DNA of 64,000 bases from Octopus sinensis (Eukaryota): contig NC_043004.1 in the NCBI RefSeq assembly GCF_006345805.1, positions 26,598,001 to 26,662,000 on the forward strand, read 5' to 3'. The notes under the pieces are model-generated. The model made no database searches and was not told the origin of the DNA. It saw nothing but the letters and a program-made list of their open reading frames with translations. This document shows positions 51,872-64,000 of the stretch, piece by piece. The position numbers were made by a program, and so were the translations under genes. Numbering within the stretch: position 1 is the stretch's first letter; every line of letters begins with the position of its first letter.

Positions 51872-52757
51872 TATAGATCATAGTTACTGCTGCTAAGCTA
51901 TGAAATGAAAGATAATCCATTTGGGTAGAATGGCAGGTTTTTCTAACTAAATCCCTTGTAGGAAAATCTGTCATGAGAAATGAAAGACAATATTCTTTCA
52001 AGTGAACTACATCTACTGGTCAGTATCAGAAAAAAATGACAGTTGATAAAATTCAGGGAATAGGATATATATATTCGCTGTGAAAGAAATGTGTTTTTAC
52101 ATTAGTGTATTTTGTGGAGAAATGTATTCTGAAGATGAGGGTATAGCCTCCTTCATATTTCTAAGATAAATTGCCTTATTAGAAATATCAGAACGCATCT
52201 CTCCTCCCAATAACTTATTTATGAACTTTATTGGTTATTGTAAACTATAGAACTACCACGCAGTATGATATATTTACTAACTCCTCAGCTGTGTGACTCA
52301 TATTCTTTCAATTTCCTTGTCCATAGTTTTTCTTTCTTTTCAAAGTAACAAATGGAAACATTACTAGAAAGGCATTTTTTCTTCTCATAATTAAATATCT
52401 TTTTCCTACACATTCAATAAATTCAGAAGATAAATATAAAATCAGTATCACTTTATATCTAGTGGATTCTTAAATTTCAATAGAGGTATATATATTAAGA
52501 AGACAATTTCACATTGATTTGAATTTATCAGTCTATGAATAAACAATGGAGTAAGTAAATACATTTCTAATAAACTACAAAACAAATTAAGTTTGGACTA
52601 ATAAAGGGTGATGCTCCAGTATGACCACAGCCACATGACTGAAATGAGTAAAATAGTAATCTACACTGTTGTTTGACCAGCTAGAAATATTAACTAGATT
52701 TCCCTCAGATAACATACACTACTGTCTTTAGACAAGAGAGTACAATAATTATTTCTT

Positions 52758-52970
52758 CTCTAGGCATAAGGCCTTGAAATTTTTTTGGTGATAAGGGGGT
52801 GGTTAGTCGATTACATCAGCACCTGTGCTCAACTGATAATTATTTCATCGACCCCAAAAGGATGAAAGGCAAAGTTGGCCTTGGAAGGATTTGAACTCAG
52901 AATGTAGCAGCAGATGAAATACCACTAAGCATTTTACCCAGTGTGCTAACGATTCTGCAGCTCGCTGCCT
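52758..52970 (-). mobile_element. tRNA-derived SINE, family 1
   Basis: Homologous to 25915-26148. Confidence 0.75.
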
Positions 52971-52977
52971 TCACATA

Positions 52978-53190
52978 ACTCTTTTACTCTTTTTCTTGTT
53001 TCAGTCATTTGACTGTGGCCATGCAGGAGCACCGCCTTTTAGTTGAGCAAATCGACCCCAAGACTTATTCTTTGTTAGCCTAGTACTTATGCTATTGGTC
53101 TCTTTTGCCGAACCGCTAAGTTATGGGGATGTAAACACACCATCATCGGTTGTCAAGTGATGTTGGGGGGACAAACACAGACACACAAAT

Positions 53191-53225
<35 letters not shown>

Positions 53226-53395
53226 CATACATATATACGATCGGCTTCTTTCAGTTTCCATCTACTAAATCCACTCACAAGGCTTTGGTTGGCCTGAGGC
53301 TATAGTAGAAGACACTTGCCCAAGGTGCCACGCAGTGGAACTGAACCTAGAACTATGTGGTTCATAAGCAAGCTACTTACCACACAGCCACTCCT
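52978..53395 (-). mobile_element. tRNA-derived SINE, family 2, full length
   Basis: Reverse-complement homology to 47512-47925. Confidence 0.8.
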
Positions 53396-53611
53396 ATGCC
53401 TATAAGTATAATAATATAAAATATATGAAATAGGAGCCAATTTTCACTGGTATGAACACCTTATATTGGAAGTATACATTGGATAATGTAGTCCTAGATA
53501 CACTGTGTCTGAAATAGCAGCTAAATCTTACTGATATAAATTTTTTACAGTGGAAGGAAACATTAGCTAATATAGTCCTAAGTACACTGTGTCTGAAATA
53601 GCAACAATAGT

Positions 53612-53765
53612 AAAAGAATAATCCTTTCTACTATAGCACATGGCCTGGATTTTGTTGGGAGTGGCACAGTCAATCACATCGACCCCAGTACTCAACTGGT
53701 ACTTAATTTATCAACCCCGAAAGGATGAAAGGCAAAGTTAACCTTGGTGGAATTTGAACTCAGAA
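53612..53765 (-). mobile_element. tRNA-derived SINE, family 1, partial
   Basis: Homologous to 22262-22475. Confidence 0.7.
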
Positions 53766-54339
53766 CAAATAATGAAAAACCGATGAGTACACTGTAAAGT
53801 AGTTGGAGTTAAGAAGGGCATCTAGTCATAGACACCATGCCAAAGTGGACAGTAGAGCTTGGTGCTGTCCTTTGACTTGCCAGCTCCTTTTAAACAGTCT
53901 AACCCATGCCAGCAAGGAAAAGAGATATTAAATGATGATAATGATGATGATAATGATGATGATGATGATGATGATGAAGTTTCTATATCATATGATTTGG
54001 TAGAAATAGCAACCAAATCTTCCAAAATTAAACCTGTCAATATTAAATAAATAAATAACTCTAATAATAAGGATCTTGAGGCATTCAGATGTCTATCTCA
54101 ATAAATGGGATAGAGAAAACCTTTGTATCTTAAACTTTAGTTTATAATTTTGAGAACTTGTGCTTACAGAATATTCAATAAAACCTCTTTTATTAGAGGG
54201 GTGGTATGCGTAAGAGGAATTAACAGCAAAGAGTCACTTGATTACCTATAAATCTGGTGACCATACTGACCAGATTGACTACATTCTCACCATAAAGCAA
54301 GATTCATGGCTGCTCATAAATGCAGAATCCTTCCCCAGT

Positions 54340-55810
54340 GAAGAGTGTACCTCTCAGCATAGGTTACTTGTTAGTGACTTCAAACTGCAGGCATGAAGGA
54401 TTCCAAGAAGCAAGCCAGTTTGGAAAAGAAAGATCCAGAAGCTTAAGGATTCTTTGAATACCCAGAGGTTTAGGGACTTCCTAACTGAAGCATTTGATGA
54501 GAAAGAGGAGGAGTTACAAACTTGCAATATAGAAGATAACTGGAAGTTCCAACAAGACAATTTACTGAGAGTCACAAACCAAATTTGTGGACAGTGCAAA
54601 GTCCCAACCAGACCTAGGGTGACATGGTGGTAGATCAATGTGGTGGACAGGGCCATTAAGAGCTAAGATGTACCCAGTGCCATTAGAGCTAAGATGTACC
54701 CAGTGCAAGCTATGGACACATAAGAGGCACAACAATTTCAGAGGAAGGTTAACTGGGAAAATAATTTTTGTGTGTGGAAAGTGTGCTGGTATAATAAACA
54801 CTAAAAATGTACAGGAAATGTACCTATGTGGGTAGGCTAGAGGTAGTTGATAACTTCAGTGATCTTGGGGACCAAGTCAGTAGCAGAAGTGGATGCTCTG
54901 AGAGCATAGCTGTGGGAATAAGAATAAGCTTGGCAAAGTTCAAATAGCTCCTGCCTCTGTTGGCAACAAAGGGCCTCTCCCTCAGAATGAAAAACAGACT
55001 GTATAATGCCCGTGTGCATACAGCTATGCTACACACCAGCGAAACATAGCCTGTGACTGTTGAGGATATGCGTAGGCTTGAAAGAAACGAAGCTAACATG
55101 TTTTTCTGGATGTGCAACGTCAGTGTACGACAGAGTGCGACCGTCTTGAGAGAAAAGATGGGCATAAGCAGAATCAAATGTGGTGTATAAGTGAGGCGAC
55201 TGTGCTGGTATGGTCATGTGATGCATATGGACAAGGACAGCTCTGTAAAGAAGTACTGATATCTTAACGGTGGAGAGAACTTGTGGAAAGAGTAGACCCA
55301 GGAAGCCATGTGATGAGGTAGTGAAGCATGATCTTCGAACGTTGGGTCTAACAGAAGTAATGACTAGTGACTGAAACCTTTAGTGATATGCCATGCTTGA
55401 GAAGACCCAGTCACATAACTGGCATCCACACAGATGACATATAAAAAGCACCTTTCAAGTGTTGGGCCCCACAGAAGCAATGACAAATGACTGAGACCTT
55501 CAGCAATTTGCCATGCGTAAGTAGAAGATCCATCAAACCAAGTGAATTCGTAGTCATCGCTGATACTGGTGTTATGCAATTGGCACCCATGCCGATGGCA
55601 TGTAAAAGCACTCATTACACTCTTGAAGTGGTTGGCATTAGGAAGGGTGTCCAGCTGTAGAAGCCATGCCAGGTCAGACTGAAGTTTGGTGCATCCCCTC
55701 ACCTTACCAGACGTTAAATGGTGATGATGATGATAATGATGATGATGATGATAATGATGGTGATGATGATAATGATGATGATGATGATGAGATGATGATG
55801 ATGATGATGA
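54340..55810 (+). mobile_element. Degenerate, internally deleted RTE LINE with 3' UTR and (GAT)n tail
   Basis: Peptides LLPLLATKGLSLRMKNRLYNA, ERNEANMFFWMCNV and RRLCWYGHVMHM..RPRKP, followed by the shared 3' UTR block. Confidence 0.8.
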
Positions 55811-55873
55811 AGTAGCATTTGATATGTGTTCCATTTTCTATACAATCAGTAAAAACATGTAGGCATACAGATA

Positions 55874-56790
55874 GTTAGTTAGTTAGTTAATTTGGCTCAA
55901 AAGCAAATAGCAAGGCCATGTAGGGTGACATGGAGTTAAGTACAGGGTGGTGTTCATGTAAAGAGTTCAGGCCACTTGAGGTCCAGGGAGGCTTTGAACA
56001 AAGCGGTCGTCGGCATCTTCACCATCTCATCTGGCAGCTTGTTCCACGGATCCGCAACCCGGACGGAGAAAGCTCCTCTCCTTCGATTGAGATGAAATCG
56101 TCGCAGGTAGAGCTTTTCGGAATGACCCCGCAGCCGACGCTCCGGAGCAGGAGTGAAGAACAGCTCTTTCGAGAGGTTACACTTCTCGCTTATGATGTTG
56201 TGGGCGAGAATGAGATCACCACGGCGGCGGCGTTTTTCAAGAGAATAAAGGTCGAGCGTCCTCAGCCTTTCTTCGTAGGACAAATTTTTGAGACCATGAA
56301 CCAAGCGGGTAGCCAGCCTCTGGACTCTTTCGAGGTGCTGTATGTCTTTGAGGAGATAAGGAGAAGAGGCTTGAATCCCATACTCCAATATGGGTCTCAC
56401 CAGCGTGACATAGAGTGGCAGGAATATGGCTGCTGTGAGCACTCCGAATGACCGTCGAATCAAAAACAGAATTCCGCGCGCTTTGTTGGCAGCATGGACG
56501 CACTGGGCTGAAGGCGAAAAGGAGGAATCCACCAAGATACCCAGGTCCTTTACCTGATCGGTCCTCTCCAGCAGCAGACGACCCGGCTCGAAATCAAGTT
56601 AAGTTGTAGGAGTAGAGCCGACAGGCAGATGACAGCACTTTGACACGTTCAGACACAGGTCCCAATCGTTAGACCACTTCCAAATTTGGTGGAGGCATCG
56701 ACGAAGATCCTCTATACTACCGCGAGGAGCGACCAGTTTGATATCGTCGGCAAATAGAAGGGTGTGTTGCGTGAGGTCGTCGGGCAAGTC
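55874..56790 (-). mobile_element. 5'-truncated CR1/L2-group LINE (RT C-terminus) with a (TAAC)n tail
   Basis: LLFADDIKL, KDLGILVDS, LYVTLVRPILEY, LERVQRLATRLV..LSYEERL..L.LYSLEKRRRRGDLI, FSVRVADPWNKLP. The segment is GC-rich relative to the flanks and has one frameshift. Confidence 0.9.
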
Positions 56791-56963
56791 ATTTATGTGT
56801 GTATTTGAGAGATTTTTGAGCCCAAATCTCGGAATATCTTCTCTGGCTTGAGGGCTTTCAAATATGATATTTTCTCAAGGATCTCTCACTTTCTCTTCTA
56901 CGATATTTATATTTTCTTGTGTTGCTCTGGTTTTCATTTGACTTTTAAATTTCCATAACTAGG

Positions 56964-57122
56964 TACAGGCGTGCAATGTGGTAAGAAGCTTGCTTCTCAA
57001 CCATATGGATCCAGGTTCAGTCCCACTGCATGGCACTTTAGGCAAATGTCTTCTACTATAGTCTCGGGCTGACCAAAGCTTTGCAAGTGGATTTCGTAGC
57101 TGGAAACTGAAAAAAGCCTGCC

Positions 57123-57125
<3 letters not shown>
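56964..57125 (+). mobile_element. SINE family 2, 5' half; the 3' half is at ~61690-61890
   Basis: The head and central block end at AAAAAGCCTGCCG, followed by (TA)n. Confidence 0.75.
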
Positions 57126-57160
<35 letters not shown>

Positions 57161-57473
57161 TACTAATATAGGTTTATATTTTTCAGAAAAAAATTTCATC
57201 AAAAGTTGCAGCATATTAAAATACCTTTAAAGGTTAAAATTATAAACAGCTTATAAACAAAGGCAAAAGAAAAATTATTTCTATGCCAATATGCTAAGAA
57301 CAGACTTTATATATATATATATATATTAGAAATAATTATTTTCGAAATTTTTTCTCGTATGAGGTCTTTCACGCTATCTACCTGACAATTTCTTGTTAAG
57401 TTTTCCTTATTAAGTAGTTGTCCTTAATTGCTAATTTATATATATATATATAATATATATATTATATATATAT

Positions 57474-57540
<67 letters not shown>

Positions 57541-57688
57541 GTTGTATATAATAACATATATATATACATATAAATACATACACACACACATATGAAGAAG
57601 AAAATGAAGGAAAAATAATAGGAAGAAGGTCGTTTGCGCTAGTAAACCATTAATTTACTTAATCAATAAAGAAAAGTAGTAGTAATAG

Positions 57689-57744
57689 TACATTTACGAT
57701 CGTTTCTGATTACCAGTTGTAGTGGTAGGTATCATCAGAATGTA
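57689..57744 (-). ncRNA. Type I minimal hammerhead ribozyme (family E pLTR)
   Basis: TACATT-CTGATGA-tacc-TACCA-CTACAAC-TGGTA-atca-GAA-ACGATCGT-A-AATGTA. Stem I is 6 bp, stem III is palindromic, and the triplet is GUA. Confidence 0.82.
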
Positions 57745-58599
57745 GAGTCATATATAGAGGTAAGGGGAGCGAAAGACATAAGGATACATTGGTCACGAGA
57801 ATAAAGACAAAGAATGGTGAGTCTTACACTATACAAATAATCTAAATAACAGAAATCCACACGATAATACCATTAACACTAACCACACATCAAACATCAC
57901 TACAAACAACACCAACAATAAGAACAGCATAGATAAGCTCAACAAAAAATAATAGCTATAGAAACAATGTTAAGTCCCATACACAAATCACCAATAATAT
58001 TATAAACAACGACAACATGAATACGAACAATAATCAATAAAATTAACAACGTTAACGACTAATAAAACGAATTATAAAAATAAGTTGAAAAATAATAATA
58101 GCTACAACAAGAATAATATAAACCTACTCATGGATAAGAATAAAAACAGAGAGCCCAAAGAACAAAGATAAACCCTGTTAAAAACAATAACACCAGGTCA
58201 TCGAGTCCACATAAACCTTACAGAAATAACCCCCAATAAAACAGACAAGAGCAATAGTAAAGATAAACCCAACTATAAGAATGAACTCGATAGCCATAAC
58301 TATAATCTCACACGCCTTACATACAATGAGGGTAGTTTCTATACCAGACATAGCAATTAAAAATGTCCCCCCCGAAGTAGAGGTAGGCTGGATTGTAGCC
58401 ACACTTCTATACAAGAGGGAGGACAAGATACAATTGATCGAAATTGCAAGAGACGGGCCTACAATTCCAGTCTGTTATATATTTTGAGTATTGTTATCAC
58501 TAGCGATATCAAGATATAACTTTGTATTTTGTATTTTATGTGTAGATGTATATATATAGATGTACATGTAATATGTACACATATATACATGCATTAGCA

Positions 58600-59780
58600 C
58601 TATGACCCGGCAACGACGGGTCATAATGCTAGTTAATTATAAAAAAATAGACACATTCTATGAAGCTAGGAAAATTAAGAATAATAAATCTAACAACCAA
58701 CAGACTAATAGAACAAATCCCACTACTAATGAAGCGCCTCCTAGTAATACAGACAAAGATCAGAGTCGTGATAATCCCCTACAACACAACAGGAATACAG
58801 ATATACCTAATAATTTATGTGGCTGCAGGGACAGAAGTAAGTACCAATTCTCTAATAGGTATAAGACTAAAAACGTAGTTTACCAATGTGAAGTACACAG
58901 AAATAGCCATATAAAATCCTATACAGGTTCCACAAAAAAGCAAATGATACTTAGGTGCAACGCACACCAATCTATCTTCAGATATAGAAGTAAGGCAAAT
59001 TCAACAAGGCTTAGTAGCTATATCTGGGAGCTTAAGGACAAAGAAATAGAATATAGATTAGAATGACGCATGCTCGCAAAAACAACTTCTTACAACTCTA
59101 CCAATAGACGGTGCGATCTCTGTTTAACTGAACGCTTGGAAATTCTAACGGCTAAACCACCTCTTCTTAACTGGAAATATGAGAACATTAATTTTTGTCT
59201 ACATATAGGCTTATTTGTCTTTTCCAAGTATCGGTAAACCCGCTGGGCTCCCTACTAATCCTACACTAGCATATTCATCTAAATAATCCCATTTAGCCGA
59301 GAACCACTTAAACTACTTGCATGCAAACATTCACCTCCTAACCCCCACTCGCTTTACACACCTCATAATAAATTATTTTACACCTACGCAGGGCTTCCTC
59401 TATTACTACGAACTCCCTACAACTTTAGGTCCAAAAGACACATAAATACCTTACTCACCCCGGACTGAGTAATCCGGACAGAGTTAGTCCCCTTTTCACC
59501 ATGAGTTAGAGTTAACTCCCTATCCTTACACCGCCGATGAAAAGTCTAGCCAGAATAAACATGTGGAGAACATGCACTTACTTAAACTTGGGGCTACATA
59601 TCAAAATAATCTCTATCCTACATCCACTTCGCAGCAGAATTATCAACTAAGATATCTACTATAATGTAAGACCCACCATTCTTTGTATTTATTCTCGTTA
59701 TCAATGCATCCCTATGTCTGTCGCTCTCCTTACCTCTACATATGGCTATGCACTCTGATGATGTCTACCACTACAACACT
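58600..59780 (+). mobile_element. PLE 3' fragment (family E), EN of the same type as array A, with a related inverted pLTR at ~57600-57840
   Basis: CGCRDRS..NVVYQCEV..SYTGST..STRLSSYIWELKDK..RCDLCLTER..LLN..CLH. 59655-59777 is inverted-homologous to 57716-57835. Confidence 0.8.
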
Positions 59781-59820
59781 TTCACACAGTCTTGGCTTTA
59801 TTGTCTCATTTTATTTAACA

Positions 59821-60993
59821 CTAGCAGTATAGCCCGGCTTTGCTCGGGATTAAGTTAGGATTATTAAGCTAATCAAGCTCTTTATTTCAAAGCAAACTAA
59901 GTAACATCGACGTCAAATTTAAGTGAAATCCATTGAAATTGGTAAACTTTTGGCTGAAATTTTACAGACAATTTGATTGGAAAATCCCATAGGGAATCGG
60001 TTTATCGATTTTTTCCACTCATCGATTGTTTTTTTTATTTTCGTTTTTGGAGAACTTAAAGCATTCAAAGATCCCATGAGTCCTAAGTAATGCTGGCATC
60101 AACTTTGAACAAAATACATCAAAATTGGTAGACGTTATGGTTGAAAATGGGGTGTAACCAATTTTAGTGGGAAGTCCTATAAGGAATCGGTTTATCGATT
60201 TTTTAAATCCTGATTAAATGGAAAACCCCATAAGGAATCAGCTTGATTTTTCACCCCAAATAGGACTTAACCGAACATTGTTGATTCAAAAACATCTATA
60301 TTTATACTTTAAAGTTGGCTTTCATACCCAACCCAGTTCTGCAGAATCAGTGTCACGACGGGAGCGCATGGGTTGGGAGTTTGATTGGCAGAGGTGATCA
60401 GGTTGCATATGCTAACCCTTTTGAAAACACCATCCCATCATGTAACCCCACTTTGCCCATGGGTTGGGAACCCTTCCAGCAAGGAAAATAGAACGCCCAA
60501 AAGGACCCCCGATCCTTTGTGTGAGAAGCGGTTATGTTCAGATCACAACTAAGTATATATATATATATATGGGCAACACACACACACAAACATATACATA
60601 CATACTCCTATTGCATACATGTTTTCGCACGTCTTTGCCCCTACCCCTGTCCCACCACCACCTCCTACCCGAGTAATACCATCAACTGAAGCAAATTTGG
60701 CACCCGGACGTAAGTTTTGTAACAGGAATAGAGAAGCCTACCTTCTCCCGCAGAGATGTGAGAGTCAGATCTCTCCTTCCGAAAACATGAACACTTTCGA
60801 AACATTGTTTACAAAATAATAGCTGATCGTTTGCGAAGGAGCGTGTCTACAGTCAACACGTAGGTCTTTTGCTCTGGTAACCTCTGCTCTCTCCCATGTT
60901 CACGCACGACCAGCTATATATCGATATGAGTAGAGCAACGGATTCAGCTAATTTGGAAATTAGTTGTGGAGAAATGGAGAATATCATTTATAT

Positions 60994-61032
<39 letters not shown>

Positions 61033-61543
61033 TTACGGGCAACACACACACACACATACACACATACACATTGCATGCATGTGTTTTGTACGCATACATG
61101 CTCGTGTGTGTGACTGAAGTCATTCACACATACATACATACATAACAACCCCTGTCTGTCAATCACTCGCTAAAAAGACGAAATTTTAAAAATATGTTAT
61201 CTCTCTCTCCCTCTCTCTTTCTCTCTCTCTCTCCCTCTCTCACTCCTTCTCCTTCCCTCTCTTTACACCGTCGCTAGAAGGGGACTTAACTCATGTTTTG
61301 TAAACAATGGGGGATTTCTCCGCCGTGAAAATTTTTTAGAAGTTATGACTCAAAATTATTTACCGCTATTCGCGGGTGCCTCAGGGGAAAATAATTTGAC
61401 AAAAATACAGCTAGGGTCGTGACGAATGTCCTCCGAAAATTTGAGTGACATGCGTGCTAATTTGTGGATGTGCATAAACTGCATTCACGTACACACACTC
61501 ACACACACTCATCCTGCCTTATATATATATATATATATACAGA
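59821..61543 (-). mobile_element. Non-autonomous Helitron
   Basis: On the minus strand it begins A|TC (61543) and ends with the hairpin CCCGAGCAAAGCCGGG, an 8-nt spacer and CTAG|T. These are canonical Helitron termini at an A|T target. Confidence 0.7.
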
Positions 61544-61689
61544 TATACATGCTTATACACAACCCGCATTAGACTCCTTACTCGTATTACTATGGAACTG
61601 AGAATCTAACTACGGTCCTCCTATAGCACTTACATAGCCTTACCTACCATCTTGGGCCTTCTGGATGCCAATACCTCTCACATATATCC

Positions 61690-61890
61690 ACATGTGTATG
61701 TCTTTGTGTATGCGTTTGATCCCCATTACCACTTGACAACTGGTGTTGGTTTGTTTGTGTTCTTGTAAGTTATCATTTTGGCAAAATAGAATAAGTATCA
61801 GGCATACGAATAAGTACTGGGGTCGATTAATTTGCCCAAATCCAACAAAGTGGTGCTGCAGACCAATGCCAGAAACAAGTAAAAGAAAAC
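61690..61890 (+). mobile_element. SINE family 2, 3' half (diverged)
   Basis: CCACTTGACAACTGGTGTTGG...ATAGAATAAGTA...GGTGCTGCAG...GAAACAAGTAAAAG. Confidence 0.65.
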
Positions 61891-64000
61891 CCACCCAATA
61901 ATTATTGCAAAGAAATGCAAATTTACCCCATGATAAATCTGGCACTGGGAAAATAATTCTGTGTTGCCCACTCCAACTCCTTTTGATACCATAAGCTTAT
62001 GTTTATATTGTTTAATGTTTACTCCAATCAAACCTAGTAGGAACAGAATGATTAATATATTTGTTTGGCCTGCAATATGGCTAAATGTTAGCTGAGAAGG
62101 AACACAACTTCTAAATTAGACCTTTCTTACACAGAAACAAAGCAATTAATTTGAGGAAAGAAGTAAATTGATTAAATTGATTCCCCTGTAGTCATGGATT
62201 AGGTACTTTATTTTAGTGACACCTCTGCCCCCAGAAGGATGAGAGCCAAAGAACACCTTGGTAGGATTTGAACTCAGAACATAAGTTTCCTTATAAAACT
62301 ACATGTCCAGTTCTGGCCAATATTCCCTTACAAAAATTCATAACCGATTATATTGCAGGAAATCACCTTTAATTTCCTATAAGTGGTGACCTCTAAAATC
62401 TGAACAATGTAGTCATATTCTTGATTTCATAGCTTGGAGTTCAAACAAATCTGTGACCATTTTTCTTATTACACTCACATTTTTTTCTAGAAGAACATCA
62501 CTGTCAGTGTTGAGAAACTTTTGTGTGATTGGACAATGCCTTGTTTACCAATTCATTCATAATTTCCTGTATTTTTCTCCATCAGCTGAAAGCTTTTTCC
62601 TTTTGGCTATCAACTTAGCACACTGTTTGAAGCCAACTTTCACCTCTGTTACTGTTCTGCTTCACTCAAAAATAATACTAACCAACTACAAAAAGCAATA
62701 TTCAGTCTTGAGAAAAATTGACTAATTCAGTGCAGCACAGCCCTACTGCAACAACCACCATCATCACTACCATCACAGAAGATATGCCAAATGTTGAATA
62801 AAAGAATTTGAGGAAATAGAAACACTGAAATCATTAGAATTACAGCTGTAATTTCCAGTTTGCATGAAGAATTTATATTTCAGATAGTTTTTCTATTCTG
62901 CTAATTATTCCAAGAAATTGAACCGTTTATTTTTTTATTCTTTAAATTGTAATTAACTATTTCAACTTTTTAACTCATTTAAACATAAATTATTGTAACT
63001 AACTCAGAAAAAATGTATTTTCTTTGCCTTTCATTTTTTTCTTGAGTGTTAGAGTGTGATTTAATGGAGACATGGCTGCTATTTCTAGGTGCTGAAACAG
63101 ATTTCAGTAGATTCTACTGGCCAACTTTGGCTTTAAATCTCCCCATAGTAAACAAAATAAATAGCAATGTCTTTGATTCGATCACTTTAAGTTCCATCAC
63201 CAATCATTAACATTATTTAGTTATTAAAGACCGTTTTTATAACAGTGATGTTTCTTCTCTAAAACTAGTTTTCAGACAGATTTGTACTGCAACATTTAAA
63301 AGATGTCTCCAGCACATTTTGTTCTATTTAAAACTCTGATTTCATCCTATTCTGCTAAGAACAAAAAATAAGAATAAAGGAGAAATGAAACAAACTCTGA
63401 GCCATTTTGTTTATTGATGGTTGTATAAATGGTAAGCTTCATCTTAAAGTATATTTAAGATTACTTATAAGAAACATAGCACTAAACATGAAGTAAAGAA
63501 ACCATAAAATGTTAAACAGAACAGCAGAATGTCTGCTGAGCAATACATTTATCTCTTATTGTTTGATTCCAACCTATAAATCTCTGGATTTTTCTGATGA
63601 TGTCAGCATTGATCAGTTACATTTAGTAATTCCTTTGCTGGCCTTATGCAAATTCAGTTAGTCATGTGGAATGAAAAATGGCTCCTTGCTGTGGCATAAG
63701 TTATGACCGAGAGAAAGCCATGAATAAAAGAAACTGTGTGAATGCAATTATGCTTGACTAGTAACTTTGTATTTTGTGGAACAGTGCTTGGGGAATGGAG
63801 AGAGAAAGAAAGAGACAGAGAGAGGGTTTATATACATTTTTGTTATATCATTATTACAGATACAACACAAAATAGGGGAAACACATTTCTATCAACATGA
63901 TATTATCATTTAAAACAATGTATCTTTACTGTTGACAATAACTTACTGATGAAGTTGGTAAGGTGCTACATCAGCAACTAAAGGGTACCTGATTCAAATT

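Noticed and set aside
54650-54710. 26-bp tandem duplication
   Set aside because: It is a local duplication at an internal deletion junction of a dead RTE, not an array or CRISPR-like structure.
55930-56451. 173-aa plus-strand ORF
   Set aside because: It is the antisense shadow of the CR1/L2 RT frame.
59064-59066. In-frame TGA in the family E endonuclease read as selenocysteine, as in some Naiad PLEs
   Set aside because: It aligns with the conserved Trp (VTWSIL in array A), so it is most simply a TGG>TGA nonsense change. The element also has a C-terminal EN, and I saw no SECIS.

Overview
This is AT-rich, repeat-dense eukaryotic DNA. The tRNA-derived SINEs, RTE tails and (TA)n/(TAA)n/(GAT)n tracts suggest an octopus-like cephalopod, which is an inference. 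I could not identify any host protein-coding gene. The window is dominated by Penelope-like retroelements (PLEs) of at least six families, most sitting in (TA)n tracts. (A) A ~2.6-unit tandem array of a near-identical 3.36-kb RT+GIY-YIG element at 11.6-20.2 kb, whose consensus ORF appears intact. (B) A near-complete Neptune-type element with ~510-bp inverted pseudo-LTRs at 35.6-39.8 kb. (C) A near-perfect ~930-bp fold-back palindrome made from a Neptune 3' end at 46.05-47.0 kb. Several 3' fragments with inverted arms are also present. About a dozen type I minimal hammerhead ribozyme (HHR) motifs can be read by eye. Two different Neptune families carry a non-canonical HHR core, UUGA(U/A)AA, with a compensatory U3-A8 pair. 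In five insertions the inverted arm joins the (TA)n flank at an internal ATAT motif about 30-45 nt from the element 3' end, which points to a defined second-priming mechanism. Other elements are RTE, CR1/L2 and RLE-type LINE remnants, a mariner remnant, a non-autonomous Helitron, and two SINEs each split by ~4.5 kb of nested insertions. Many frameshifts lie in homopolymers and may be assembly errors. Most repeat boundaries are approximate.
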